Positions 53,152-64,000 of a stretch of 64,000 nucleotides of DNA are shown here, in pieces. Position numbers and translations under genes: made by a program. Source of the stretch: an uncultured Planctomycetaceae bacterium (GTDB taxonomy: Bacteria > Planctomycetota > Planctomycetia > Isosphaerales > Isosphaeraceae); the NCBI GenBank assembly GCA_963833985.1, contig CAWIAD010000002.1:992001-1056000 (forward strand). Direction: 5' to 3'. Below the pieces are notes generated by a model that did no database searches, was not told where the DNA came from, and worked only from the letters and a program-made list of their open reading frames with translations. Within the stretch, counting starts at the first letter, position 1; each line of letters starts with the position of its first letter.

Positions 53152-54402
53152 TCAGTACGGGGGGTGCGAGGCCGGGCCGTACCTCCTGTTCAGCAGCTCC
53201 TCGTAAAAATCGACCGTGCGGCGCGCGATGCTCGTCCAGGAGAAGAACTCCTCCACGCGCTTGCGGGACTGCACGCCCATGTCATGCAGCAGCTTGGGGT
53301 TCTCGAGAAGCTGGTTGACGCCGGCGGCCAGGTCGCTGGCGAACCGCTCCGGGTCGCGCGGTTCGAAGTCGATGTTGCTCACTGGCTGGAACGGCACGAG
53401 CACGCCGGTCTCTCCCGGGATCACGACCTCCCGGATCCCGCCCACTGCCGATGCGACCACCGGCGTGGCACACGCCATGGCTTCCAGGTTGATGATCCCG
53501 AACGGCTCGTAGACCGACGGGCACACAAAGACCTTGGCCTGGGAATAGAGCGGGATGATGTCTTCCCTGGGAACGATCTGGGCAATCCAGTTGATCGGGA
53601 CATGCGCCTCGCGCCTGGCCCGCTCGACGCGCGCTTCCATCTCGTGCCCGATCTCGGGCGTATCCGGGGCCCCGGCGCAGAGCACAACCTGCACACCGTC
53701 GTGAATGTATTTGAGAGCATTCACCAGGTGAATGATTCCCTTCTGCCGAGTGATCCGGCCAACGAAGAGGATGTACGGCTTGGCGGGGTCGATCTGGTAT
53801 TTCGCCAGCACCGCGAGGTCGGATGTCGGCCGGTACTGGTCCAGGTCGATGCCGTTATGGATGATCCGGATCTTCTCGTAGGGCACCCCATAGAGCGAGT
53901 GAACATCTTCACGCATCGCCGCGGAGACCGCGACGACGCCGTCGGCGTTCTCGTAGGCGGTCTTCTCAACCCACGAGCTGGCGTGATAGGCAGAGCCAAG
54001 CTGCTCGACCTTCCACGGGCGATGCGGCTCCAGCGAGTGCGTCGTGAGCACGAGCCGCGCGCCGGTGAGCTGCCGGATCAGGCAGCCGGCCAGGTGGCTG
54101 TACCAGGTGTGGCAGTGGATGATGTCGGCGTCGTGCACCATCCCGGTCATGACCAGGTCGCGCAGCATGGTCTCCAGAAACCGCTTGTGCCTGGGGTCCT
54201 GATACGGCAGATCGTACCTCGGCTCGATTCCCCGGACGGTCAAGTTCCGCTCGCGGATGTCCTGGTCGCCGAAGCAGATGACCGTGACCTCGTGAGCACC
54301 GTCATCAATACGGGTGAGCTCCCGCGTGAGGTATTCGACATGGACCCCGGCGCCTCCGTAAACGTGGGGCGGATACTCGTTGGTGAGGATGGCAATCCGC
54401 AT
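53152..54402 (-). CDS. glgA: GT4 glycogen synthase / maltose-1-phosphate synthase (actinobacterial GlgA/GlgM type)
   Basis: TNEYPPHVYGGAGVHV, HCHTWY, HSLEP.RPWK, GRITRQKG and YEPFGIINLEAMAC. Confidence 0.9.
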   Translation of the reverse strand: MRIAILTNEYPPHVYGGAGVHVEYLTRELTRIDDGAHEVTVICFGDQDIRERNLTVRGIEPRYDLPYQDPRHKRFLETMLRDLVMTGMVHDADIIHCHTWYSHLAGCLIRQLTGARLVLTTHSLEPHRPWKVEQLGSAYHASSWVEKTAYENADGVVAVSAAMREDVHSLYGVPYEKIRIIHNGIDLDQYRPTSDLAVLAKYQIDPAKPYILFVGRITRQKGIIHLVNALKYIHDGVQVVLCAGAPDTPEIGHEMEARVERARREAHVPINWIAQIVPREDIIPLYSQAKVFVCPSVYEPFGIINLEAMACATPVVASAVGGIREVVIPGETGVLVPFQPVSNIDFEPRDPERFASDLAAGVNQLLENPKLLHDMGVQSRKRVEEFFSWTSIARRTVDFYEELLNRRYGPASHPPY

Positions 54403-54689
54403 GCGCGAGCTCCTGCATCGGGCACGGTCCGGAGAGCGGGCGAACCGTTGGCCAGAGACCCGACATCGATCGCCCAGGGTCTCAAGACCTGGACAAGACT
54501 CACCTTGCAAGCTACGAGGCGCTCGGGGGGAAGTCAATGATTCGACGATGCACTCGCCTGGAAGCGTGATTCCGCTGTTTCCTTGCCCAGTAAGCCAGGA
54601 CCGGCAGCTGAACCGATGAGATCCGACCTCTGAAAAGTTCCCCGGGCAACCTGGATACGACGCAGCTCCAGGGGACGATGACCTGCGAC

Positions 54690-55286
54690 TCAGGCCGTGT
54701 GAGCGAAGCGCTCGTGGAGTATGAACGATGGCTGTTCGTCGCCTCCATCGGACGCCCGGATTGCTGCGAGATATTCCTCCCGAATCACGCTCTTCGATCC
54801 GATCGCCTCCTCGGGCCATTGAATGACCGCGTGCCCGTGCCGCTAGAGCCAGATGTTCGCGAGCATGCGGGCCCAGCGACCGTTGCCATTGAGAAACGGA
54901 TGAATCCCCACCGCCCGGTAATGCAGCCTCACAGACTGGTCCAGAAGGGTGTCCTCCCGCATTTCCCAGAAGACGAGATCTTCAAGAAGAGCCTGGAGTT
55001 GCATCGGAACCTGGTGCCAATCACAGCCGAGGTTCAGGTTTGCCTGCCGGAATTCACCGGCCCATTTACATACATTTCAAAACATTTGACAGTGCAGCCG
55101 CTTCGTCCACGTCAGATGAAAGGGCGCAGAGCGCTTGGAGGGCTTCGCCGACAGGTACTTCACCACGACCTTGCGAATGTTCTCGGCTTCTGCCTTGTTC
55201 AACTCCGCACGGGTGTGGATGTCTTTTCGCTTCAATCCAGATCGATCGATGGGGGTTTCACCGGGCTGAAGGATCCAGTCGCTCAC
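54690..55286 (-). pseudogene. Fic-domain 'mobile mystery protein B' pseudogene
   Basis: PGETPID...ELNKAEAENI and IHPFLNGNGRWAR in one frame, with internal stops at ~55077 and ~54843. Confidence 0.8.
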
Positions 55287-55675
55287 TCGTCGCTCCAAAG
55301 CCTTCGCTTCGAGCCTGCAAGAAGCTCGTGCGTCGTTTGCTCAACCATCGACTCAAACTCTTCCTGTCAACTGCCTGACCTTCGAGCCCGGATGTCCCCT
55401 GGACCATTGCAACGAGCTTCTGTGCCTTCCGCCCGCACCGCCTGCTCGCGTTCCAGATCGCGGGGGTCGACCTTGGAATCAATACGGAGGCCCAGGCCCA
55501 GAGCATCTGCAATGGCCAGGACGCTTGAAAAACTCGCTGCGGCGTGGCGGCCAGACAGGATGCGCTGAACCGTCGGGCGAGAAACCCCACACCGCCTCGA
55601 GAGCATTGCATAGCTAGGTCCCAGGTCCCAGCGGCGTTTGTTCAGGTTCTTGAACAGTTGTGTGTCGCCTGGCAC
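55283..55675 (-). pseudogene. XRE-HTH 'mobile mystery protein A'-like pseudogene
   Basis: HTH (LSRRCGVSRPTVQRIL), then a frameshift to RKAQKLVAMVQGTSGLEGQ. Directly upstream of the Fic gene. Confidence 0.7.
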
Positions 55676-55896
55676 CTTTGCCCCCCGCCACGAATGCCGC
55701 GGACAAGACCGATACGATCGTATCATTTGAGAGACGTTTCCAGAGTTTTCCTACATCATATACGATACGAAAGATGCCAGTACAGATCCATAACCCCTGT
55801 GGGGGAATCCACTTAACGTGTTCCAATCGAATCACGAAGTGCCGCCTGAGACCTGTTGTCCCTGCGGACGTTCCACATGGGAGGTAGGAAACTCGA

Positions 55897-57370
55897 TTAC
55901 GCTGCCGCGGCGTCCTCTTGCACGGCCGACAGCGGCTGCGCGATGTCTTCCAGCGAGCTGCGCTCTGCCTTGACGCCGAAGACTGCAACCACGCCGACAG
56001 TGGCGAGCAGCAGCACTGCGCCGAAGAGGTCGCCGTAGAACAGGTAGCGCGGCTGGCCCGAATCGACGATCGCCCCGAAGAGCCAGGGGGCCAGGGTACC
56101 GCCTATGAGCGTGCCGCAGGCGAAGAAGAGCGCGATCACCATGCCCCGCAGTTCCACCGGGAAGATCTCGCTGACGGTCAGGTAGGCGGAGCTAGCCGCC
56201 GAGGACGCAAAGAAGAAGATGGCCGCCCAGAGCACCGTCTGCGAGGTCGCCGTGAGCTGGCCCGCGGCAAAGAGGTAGCCGGTCAGGGACAGAAGCACGG
56301 CCGAGACGGTGTACGTTGATCCGATCATCGGCTTGCGGCCGACCGTGTCGAAGAAACGGCCCAGCAGCAGAGGGCCCATGAAGTTCGAGAGTGCGAAGGG
56401 GAGCAAGTACAGGCCGGCGCGGTCCGGGTGCACCCCGTAGAACTTGCGGAGTACCAGCGGAAACGTGAAGAAGACGCCGTTGTACAGGAACGCCTGCGAG
56501 ATGATGAGCGCCAGGCCCAGGATCGTCCGCCGCAGGTATTTCCGGACCATGACGCCGGCCAGCTCTCCAAACCCGATCGGATCGCGTGGGCGGATGGTGA
56601 TCCAGTGGTCGGCCTCCGGCAGTGCCCCTGCGCCGAGATCGTCCTCAATCTTCCGCTCCAGCTCCTCCACGATCCGTTCGGCCTCGTCGGGTTGTCCGTG
56701 GGTCAGAAGCCAGCGCGGGCTCTCGGGCACGTGCTTGCGCAGGACGATGATCACCAGCCCGAGCGCCGCGCCCAGGCCGAAGGCCAGCCGCCAACCCAGA
56801 TCGACGGGGAGCAGGCTGCGGTCCAGCAGCACCACGCTGGCCAGCGACCCGGCTGCCGAGCCCAGCCAGAAGGTGCCGTTGATTGCCAGGTCCGCCCAGC
56901 CGCGTACCCGCGCGGGTATCGAGCTCGTCGATCGCCGAGTTGATGGCCGAATATTCGCCGCCGATGGCCGCTCCCGTCAGGAAGCGGAAGCAGGCGAAAC
57001 TGAGGAAATCCCACGAGAGCGCGGTCAGGAAGGCGGCCACGAGGTACAGGCCCAGCGTGACGGTGAACAGCTTCTTGCGGCCCAGCCGGTCGGTGAGATA
57101 CCCGAACACGAGCGCTCCGAGAATGGCTCCACAGAGATAGGCCGTGCCCAGAAGGCCAATCTGCGTGCTGCTGAAGTGCAGGCTCTGGGGGTCCTCGATC
57201 ACCGTGCTGACTGCACCCATCATCGTGACCTCGAGGCCATCGATGATCCAGGTGATGCCCAGCGCCGTGATCACCAGCCAGTGCCAGCTCGACCATGGCA
57301 AGCGATCCAGGCGGGCCGGCACGTTGCTCCGGAAGCTCTGACCCGTCGCGTGATTGGTTACCGCCATCAT
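55897..57370 (-). CDS. MFS transporter (frameshift near 56920)
   Basis: RLDRLPW, TDRLGRKK, GGEYSAINSAIDE, PESPRWL and SEIFP. Confidence 0.88.
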
Positions 57371-58502
57371 TCCGTCCGCATACCCCCAGGAACCCCATGT
57401 CCGTATTGGAGTTCCGGTGCAAGCACGCCCCATGCCGCGCCCTGTTCCCCCGCGCAGAAGGACCAAGGCGCTTTCATTTTCAGGTTGGCAGGACCTGGTA
57501 TTCGCTGTCGCCCCTCCCTCGGTGGGCTCGCCGCCCGTGCGATCAATGCATCGGTTCTTTGTTCGATCGTTTGGGGCGATAGCGCCTCTGGTATTTCCAG
57601 GGCTTGCCTCAGGTCAGCCCGTTCCCGTCCAGCTTCAGGGGCCAAGACGGTACGAAAAGCCTTGGCAAGAAAACTGGGAAAATGTGTCCAGGATAATCAC
57701 AGAGCTTGTAGGAGGCGCCGGATCGTCGCGCGCGGCTCCCGGATTCAGTGCTGATATGGAAACTCAGATCCGAGCATGGCCTGGCAGTGGACGATTTCAG
57801 ATGAAGCTCTGACATCTCATATCCGGATCAGGCCGCATCGAGGTCAAATTCGTTGAAGATGCACATCATAAACGCAGCCGGATCAGCAACTTGGCGGCCG
57901 CCAGTCTCCTCTTCGGCGAGGGTTTCCAGAATCGCAAAAAAAATCAGGAGCCGGGTGCAAGGTTTCGAGCAGAGCAGCGTAGTTTGTCGTGGATTCAGCA
58001 ATTCTATGCTCGTCTTCGCTGGTACGCATCCAAGAGCCCCTCGCCATGACCGGGAAAGAATGCTGGTTTTATCTTTCTTCGTTCGAGTCACTGCTGGAGC
58101 CGAAGAGCCACAGTGCGTGGAAGGGATAGTGTTGTGGTTACTTGCTCACGGCCACGGACGGAAACGTCGCGTGGAGCAGACCGAGCGAACCATTCACGAT
58201 CAACTCGGCGGCGGTCTTTGAAAGATAAGCACGAGCCAATGCTCGCGGACCACGCTGGTCGAGTTCTTCCGCTACGACGTCGACAGGGTTCCTGGGGAAA
58301 TCGGCACATTTCCAAGAGTCGATCCTTCGACAGCTCTTTTGCTCGGCGGGAGCATGAATTCTTTAAGAGTGTTGCATTGAATTTGCGCGCTGGATCATGA
58401 AGTACCTTCATGGGAACCAGAGCTTGAGGGTATCCTGTTGTGCCAGTGCTTGACGCGGTTTCCTTTCGTGCCGAGTGTTCTTCTCTCGAGGGGAGATATC
58501 CG

Positions 58503-61058
58503 GTGATTGGCTTGGGCACGACGCTGGGCGAGCGATTCACCCTCGACGAGGAGCTCGGCCGGGGCGGAATGGGCACCGTCTACAGGGCGACCGATCGGTT
58601 GCTCGGAAGGAAGGTGGCCATCAAATTCCTCAAGGAATCTTGCGCCCGTGAGGACGCCGAGCAGATACGCCTCGAGGCCCAGATTCTCGCCCGGTTGGTT
58701 CACGACAGAATCGTGCGACTGTACGATTTCGGTGAGTCGGAGGGGACCTACTTCCTGGTCATGGAAGAGGTAGTCGGACCGAGCTTCGCGAATCGCTGGG
58801 CGGATCTTTCCCTCCCGGATCGGCTACGGATCTGTGGTCAGGTGGCCGAGGCGCTCCACTACGCACACCTTCAGGGGGTGATCCACCGCGACATCAAACC
58901 GAGCAACGTCTTGCTCACATCGGGCGACCAGGCAAAGCTCTCCGACTTCGGAATCTCTCTGCTCACCGGCGGCCCGGGGGACGAGAGAGGGACGATCCAG
59001 GGCACGCCTCTCTACATGAGCCCAGAGCAGGCGCAGGGCCTGCCGCTGGACCATCGCACCGACCTGTACTCCGTGGGAGTGATGGTCTACCAATGCGCGA
59101 CTGGCGAACTTCCGTTCGACGGTGATGCGCTGGCGGTAATCTCCCAGCACAAAAGCGCAGCACCCACTTGCCCGCGGCACAAGAACCCCGAGATCTGGCC
59201 GACGCTGGAGAACTTGATCCTCTCGCTCCTGCGGAAGCAACGAAGCCGAAGACCGGCCTCGGGAAACGTGGTGGCACTCGAGCTTTTCGACGAAGCCGAT
59301 CGCGCGCTGAGGCTACAGCGAATCAATCCGGGACTCAGACGGTCGGTCACTCCCGATCCGCTCTGCCCGCCGCCATCGAGCACGTCGCCTGTCGATAGCC
59401 CGATCACTGGGCATGATGGGGCGAGCAGGTCGGAGCGTAGCGACCCGGAATCCCTGATACGGTTATCGACTCCGCTTCCTCCGTCGTTGCTTCGCCGCAT
59501 CTGGGACGCCACGGGTTTTCCGTCGTCCCCCCATGAAGAGCACCCCAAGTCGTCGGAGAACGGCCGAAAAGCCGGATTGGGATGGCACAGCCACCCGATT
59601 GCCCGGGACATGCTTTCGAAGGTTCTCGGGACGCCGATCGTCGTCTCACCGGAAGAGCGTTATCTCTGCGGTCATTACCTCGCGTACCTCCTGGGGGGCT
59701 CGCACTGGCGGGGAATTCTTTCCCGGCGTCATCTCGACGCGAGGAACGCGGACCGTGCGCGGCTGCTGCTGGCGATGACCTGGCTGTTGAGCGTTGAGCC
59801 GACCCAGGACGAAATCTCGCGCGCTGGTGCATTGCTCGATGAACGCCCCGACGTTCGCGCCGTGCTGAGCCCCGTCGTGGTGATGAAGTACCTGGCCTGC
59901 CGAGATACGCTGGGCAAACGCAGGCGATTTCGCGAGATCCGTGCGCGGCTCAAGGAAGCGAGTTCTCACGCGCGGAAGGCGATGCTGAACGCCAAGGGCG
60001 AGCTGAATCCCGGCTTGATGCCCCGCACACTCAACGATCTCGCGCTGATCGCCCCACCTCGTGATGCGCTGGACGCACACCGAGTCTCCCTCTGGAACCG
60101 CGTCGCGGAAGTCTGGCATCGGGAGGACAGGTTCCGCCAAGCTGTCCTCCGCTACACCACGCGGTCGGACCAGCTCGATACGGTCAGCGCCGATCTTTGG
60201 CCAGAGGTTGTCTATCCATTGATCGAGCGTGCCCACTGGCAGCGCAGATTTCGGCCCCGGTTTGAAGCGCTCTGGGACTATGTTGCGGGCAAACTGCTGC
60301 ATGTCCCGGTACCGGGTGTCCGGCTTGACCAGATGCTGATCATTGCCATCCCGCTGGAGGTTGCCCGGCAACTGCACGAGGATCTGTCCGCGGTCGTCGA
60401 CGAACCTCTCTTCGACGACGGCCCCTCCGCGGTCGTGGAAGCTTTACGGCTTGCCGAGGAAGAGGCAAAACCTCCCGAGGGCCAGGTGAGCCAGGAGCGG
60501 CGACCGATTTACGTCGGCGGCGTGATCCCCCGAGAAAAGGAATTGCGTGACGACGACAACCCTCAGCCCAAGGAGCGGATCCCCCTCTGCACACCCGATC
60601 CTTTCTTGTTCACTCAGGACGCCCTGAGCAAACTGTGGCAAGAGGCGATGAACGCGCGAGACAACTCCACGGCCCCGCGCGTGCGACATCGGACGATCCC
60701 CGTTGGCCCGTACGAGCTGGCCATCGTACCTTCAGGACGTGGTTGGTCGGCCATTCGAGCGGGGTCGGCTATTCGAGCGGTCTTGCAGGGTATGCAGCAG
60801 CGGGGAAAGCAGATCGAGATGTTCACGCCTCCGGTTGTTGCAACGGAATGTGCCTCGCGACCCGTGATCGCCATCTGGATCTATCAGGACGGCAGCATGG
60901 CGATCATCTACGTCGACTTTCAGTACAGAGAACGGTACATCCTCTGGGACGCGCCGGATTCCCGCCAGTTCAACTACGGCTATGCCGAGGAGTTGAGACT
61001 CGCTCTATCGACCATGAACCTGGAGGTCTCCGGACAACTCAAGCAGATCCTCTCGTAG
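58503..61058 (+). CDS. Ser/Thr protein kinase with uncharacterised C-terminal region
   Basis: LGRGGMG, VAIK, HRDIKPSN, DFG, YMSPEQ and DLYSVG. Confidence 0.9.
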   Translation: MIGLGTTLGERFTLDEELGRGGMGTVYRATDRLLGRKVAIKFLKESCAREDAEQIRLEAQILARLVHDRIVRLYDFGESEGTYFLVMEEVVGPSFANRWADLSLPDRLRICGQVAEALHYAHLQGVIHRDIKPSNVLLTSGDQAKLSDFGISLLTGGPGDERGTIQGTPLYMSPEQAQGLPLDHRTDLYSVGVMVYQCATGELPFDGDALAVISQHKSAAPTCPRHKNPEIWPTLENLILSLLRKQRSRRPASGNVVALELFDEADRALRLQRINPGLRRSVTPDPLCPPPSSTSPVDSPITGHDGASRSERSDPESLIRLSTPLPPSLLRRIWDATGFPSSPHEEHPKSSENGRKAGLGWHSHPIARDMLSKVLGTPIVVSPEERYLCGHYLAYLLGGSHWRGILSRRHLDARNADRARLLLAMTWLLSVEPTQDEISRAGALLDERPDVRAVLSPVVVMKYLACRDTLGKRRRFREIRARLKEASSHARKAMLNAKGELNPGLMPRTLNDLALIAPPRDALDAHRVSLWNRVAEVWHREDRFRQAVLRYTTRSDQLDTVSADLWPEVVYPLIERAHWQRRFRPRFEALWDYVAGKLLHVPVPGVRLDQMLIIAIPLEVARQLHEDLSAVVDEPLFDDGPSAVVEALRLAEEEAKPPEGQVSQERRPIYVGGVIPREKELRDDDNPQPKERIPLCTPDPFLFTQDALSKLWQEAMNARDNSTAPRVRHRTIPVGPYELAIVPSGRGWSAIRAGSAIRAVLQGMQQRGKQIEMFTPPVVATECASRPVIAIWIYQDGSMAIIYVDFQYRERYILWDAPDSRQFNYGYAEELRLALSTMNLEVSGQLKQILS

Positions 61059-61639
61059 AGGCAACCGTAACGGCGTGCCGTCTGAAGGCGAGGCCCAGGC
61101 GAGGGTCGCAAAAAACGCGTGGGTGTCCACGCCCGGGAAGCAGGACGCGCGAACAGGACCTGGCTCATCCTCAGCAGGTCGCGCACCCGTCGCATGCCGT
61201 CGGGGCCATATTTGGGGTACGGCGAAGTCAGCGCGATAGGTTCGCGCTGTCAGCCTGGCGGGACCGTGACCGCCCGAGCGCATGACGTCGATCGCCTCAT
61301 CGAAGGCCGCGACGATCTTCGCCCCTCCCGGTGAGAGGGACCGGTTCGGCCCGCCGACGCCTCACGCTGGACGCGTCCCTGAGGCGGTGAGTCCGACGAG
61401 CTGTTTTTTCGGTCCGGTGTATCCCGTCTCACGTCGGTTCCTCCTTTCAGCCACCACGCCACCCCCGCTCCAACAGCCCGAACCGTTCCCAGTCGCGGGT
61501 GAAAGCGGGAAAGCACACAAACCGCGGCAAGTCCTCGGGATTGAACGCCTCCACGCAACTCTCTTTACCTGCGCGTCACAGACTGGTTCATGTTCATGAT
61601 GACTCTACCACAGAGTGGTAGAGAATGGTAGAGATGGCA

Positions 61640-61821
61640 ACCGTTTCGTAGTGGTGCAAGGCCAGGCCAAGCTGCTTCATGTTGTTCGAGCACTGGATGC
61701 GGCGCGCGGACTCTCGAGCCGCTTGCACGGAGGGCAACAGCAGGGGAATCAGCAGGGCAACGATCGCAATCACCACCAGCAGCTCGATCAGCGTGAAACC
61801 ACGCCGGGCAATCCAGGACAA
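61640..61821 (-). pseudogene. 5' fragment of a DUF1559 prepilin-type gene
   Basis: [14 protein letters not shown]...[26 protein letters not shown], then abrupt loss of similarity. Confidence 0.85.
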
Positions 61822-62066
61822 GGCGCGCCACCTCTGGACGATGATGAATCTCTGACAGGTGTCATGGTTCCAGTGTCCCCGGTCCTGAATGCCGTGACAA
61901 CCGATGATTCTGGGATTTTCGCCTCGCGCGCTTAGTCAGCGGCCTGATCTCCGGGCACTGCCAGCAGCCTGGCTGCGAGGCATGGCCGGGCCCCTGGCTC
62001 CCCGCAGATTCTCTGCGTCCCTGTTCCCGTCACTCTTTGCCCCTGTTCCGGATACCCTGTTCCGGC

Positions 62067-64000
62067 TCACCGAGCGAACGGGTCGGCGGGGAATCCAAGA
62101 TCCATCATCAGGAGCTTGAAGTCGTCCCGGCCGCGCAACGAGTCAAGATCGTGGTCTCTGTTCATGAGATCGAGGTTGCGATAGCCGGCTGCGACGGCGC
62201 CACGAAGCAAGGTCATCGCCCGGTCGGCCTCCGCTTGCGCCTCCCTGGCGCTCATCTTCGAGCTAGGCATGGTGGCGACGCGGGCGAGCAGGGCGCACTT
62301 GCAGGCAAGGTTATAGCGATCCTGCGCGGTGAGCGCGGTGAGCCGCTGGAGAATCGCTTCGGACTCGCGAATGGCCGCGACCCCCTGAGCAAGCCCGCCT
62401 GACTCCAGCTGGATCCCTCCGATCGAGTTAAGGGTGAATGCCAGCCGGCTCTGGTACCGCATGACACCGGGATTGGCGTCGGCCAGCTTTCTGAGCGTGA
62501 CGGCCGCCTTCTCGAACTCCGCCAGCCCAGTCTGCGCCTGGCCGCTCTGGCGCAGCACCCAGCCGATCATGTTGCTGCACGTCGCAAGGTCAAACTGGAA
62601 TTCGGTGACATTGGGATTCTCGTCAACCAGCCGTTGCAGGACTGCCTGTCGCTCCCGGAAAATCTCCAGGGCGGCAGCGGACTCTCCGTTGGACTGGAGG
62701 GCATAACCGAGCATATCATAACACCACGATAGATCGGCCCGGAGCTCGATGAGTTCCGGGTGCTTGTCGGCGAGTTGACGCCGCAGCTCCACAGCTCTTT
62801 GCAGGAACCCCAGCCCTTCGGCCCTTTTCCCCGCGACGACACAGTGACCGCCCGCGACGGCCAGGGTGCGGGCCAGGTCAGCCTGGCGCTGGATGCTCTC
62901 GGGGTGAGCCTTGACGAGCCTTTCCTGGATGGTCAGCGCCTGGCCGAAGGAACCGATCGCCTCGTCCAGCTTGCCGACATCCCTGAGGACAATGCCAGTC
63001 CGAAGGTGGGTCTGGCCAAGCAGGACCTGGAGCTTGTCCTCGATTCGCGTCGCGAGCAGCTTCTCGAGCGTCCGCTGCGCTTCCACGAGCGACTTCAGGG
63101 CCTCGTCCGGATTGCCGCTATCCTGTTGCGTGGAGCTCACTGCCATGAGGCTGCGGGCCAGATCCGATTGCGGCGACAGCTCGGACTGCGGCCCCATCGC
63201 CAGATCTCGATAGACGGCCAGCGCCTTGAAGCGAAGGCCAAGTGCGTCCGAAATCGTGCCGGTCTTCTCGGTCAACTCGGCCAGCTCGTCGTAGGCGGTG
63301 GCCAGTGCCCGGCGTGAGAATGGATCGGTCTGTCCAGCCAGAAGCGCTTCCAGCTTGATGTAGAAATCGGCTGCGCCGCGGAGCAGCCTGGTACGCAGCG
63401 CCTTGAAAGGCTGCTCTTTGAGCAGGAAATCCCTGCTCGCCTCGCCGTGGAAGAGCCTGACGGCGTCCATGGCCAGGGCGAACCGCGCCCGCTCTCGTTC
63501 ATTGGCGGCAGCCAGGGCCCTGTGGAACGCTCCATCTCGACATTCGCCTTGGCCTGGACACCAAGGACGGCGGTCAGTCCCACGAACGCCATCAGACCTG
63601 CGGCGATGGCAGCCGTGACCGCCGTGCGATGTCGCCGCGCCCATCGCCGCGCTCGTCGAGCCCAGGGCTCGCGCCAGGCCGATACCGGCTCGTCGGCCAT
63701 CCAGTGTTCGATATCCTCCGCCAGCCCACGCACTGTGGCATAGCGGTCGCCGGCTTTCCGGGCCATGGCCCGCAGGCAGATCGCTCCGAGCGCTGGGTCG
63801 AGTGACGGATCAAGCCCTCGTGGGGCCGCGAAATCCCCCTTTTGCACCGCGGCAAGCACCGCGCCCGGGTCGTCGCCCTCAACCGGTGGCCGTCCGATGA
63901 GCAGGCAGTAGAGCGTGGCGCCCAGGCTGTAAACATCGCTGCGTGGCCCAAGGATTTCGAGGTCCCCCACGGCCTGTTCAGGGCTCATGTACGCCGGCGT
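62067..64000 (-). CDS. Ser/Thr kinase with TPR repeats (5'-partial; frameshift near 63523)
   Basis: TPAYMSPEQ, SDVYSLG, RWARRHR TM segment, TPRs and a YNLAC...DLDSLRGRDDF C-terminus. Confidence 0.88.

Noticed and set aside
57480..58440. Lower-GC region with short ORFs as a toxin-antitoxin remnant
   Set aside because: No motif that I can support.
4121..61821. DUF1559 5' fragment (61821) and 3' fragment (4435) as two halves of one gene split by a 57-kb island
   Set aside because: They share strand and order, but the middle of the gene is missing and the interval holds housekeeping genes (rpe, cnoX, glgA). Planctomycetes also carry many DUF1559 paralogues.
10870..63530. Isolated 1-2 nt frameshifts at ~10878, 25560, 41727, 43400, 51570, 56920 and 63523 as pseudogenes or programmed recoding
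   Set aside because: Each gene is otherwise intact, and most shifts lie in short homopolymer or dinucleotide runs. Long-read indel errors are the simplest explanation; read data would be needed to decide.

Overview
GC-rich DNA from a planctomycete, most likely Isosphaeraceae-like, judging by DUF1549/DUF1553, DUF1501, DUF1559 and Ser/Thr kinase genes. Mostly housekeeping, secreted and carbohydrate-active genes, interrupted by mobile DNA. The most striking object is a nested element. A group II intron (19493-23501) has its reverse transcriptase gene split exactly inside the conserved RT4 motif (GTPQGAPI|SPLLSNIY) by a 2.0-kb element. That element carries a large serine recombinase and a 66-aa partner ORF, and is bounded by perfect 23-bp inverted ends sharing a GATC core. 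Excision would restore a 432-aa RT and create a perfectly palindromic 42-bp attP. The recombinase has no stop codon of its own, so its C-terminus depends on the state of the element. Other mobile or accessory features: an ISKra4-like IS with a slippery T7 site, a second ORF-less group II intron, a HigBA-like TA pair next to a stand-alone WYL protein, a decayed mobile-mystery-protein A/B (Fic) pair, and a deletion-riddled xylan/citrate locus containing a GH43/GH95 chimera. There is also an exosortase E / VPEID-CTERM system next to a putative thioester-domain SdrD-repeat adhesin. Several isolated 1-2 nt frameshifts in otherwise intact genes look like sequencing indels. No CRISPR array, rRNA or tRNA was seen. 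All family assignments come from motif recognition by eye, not database searches.
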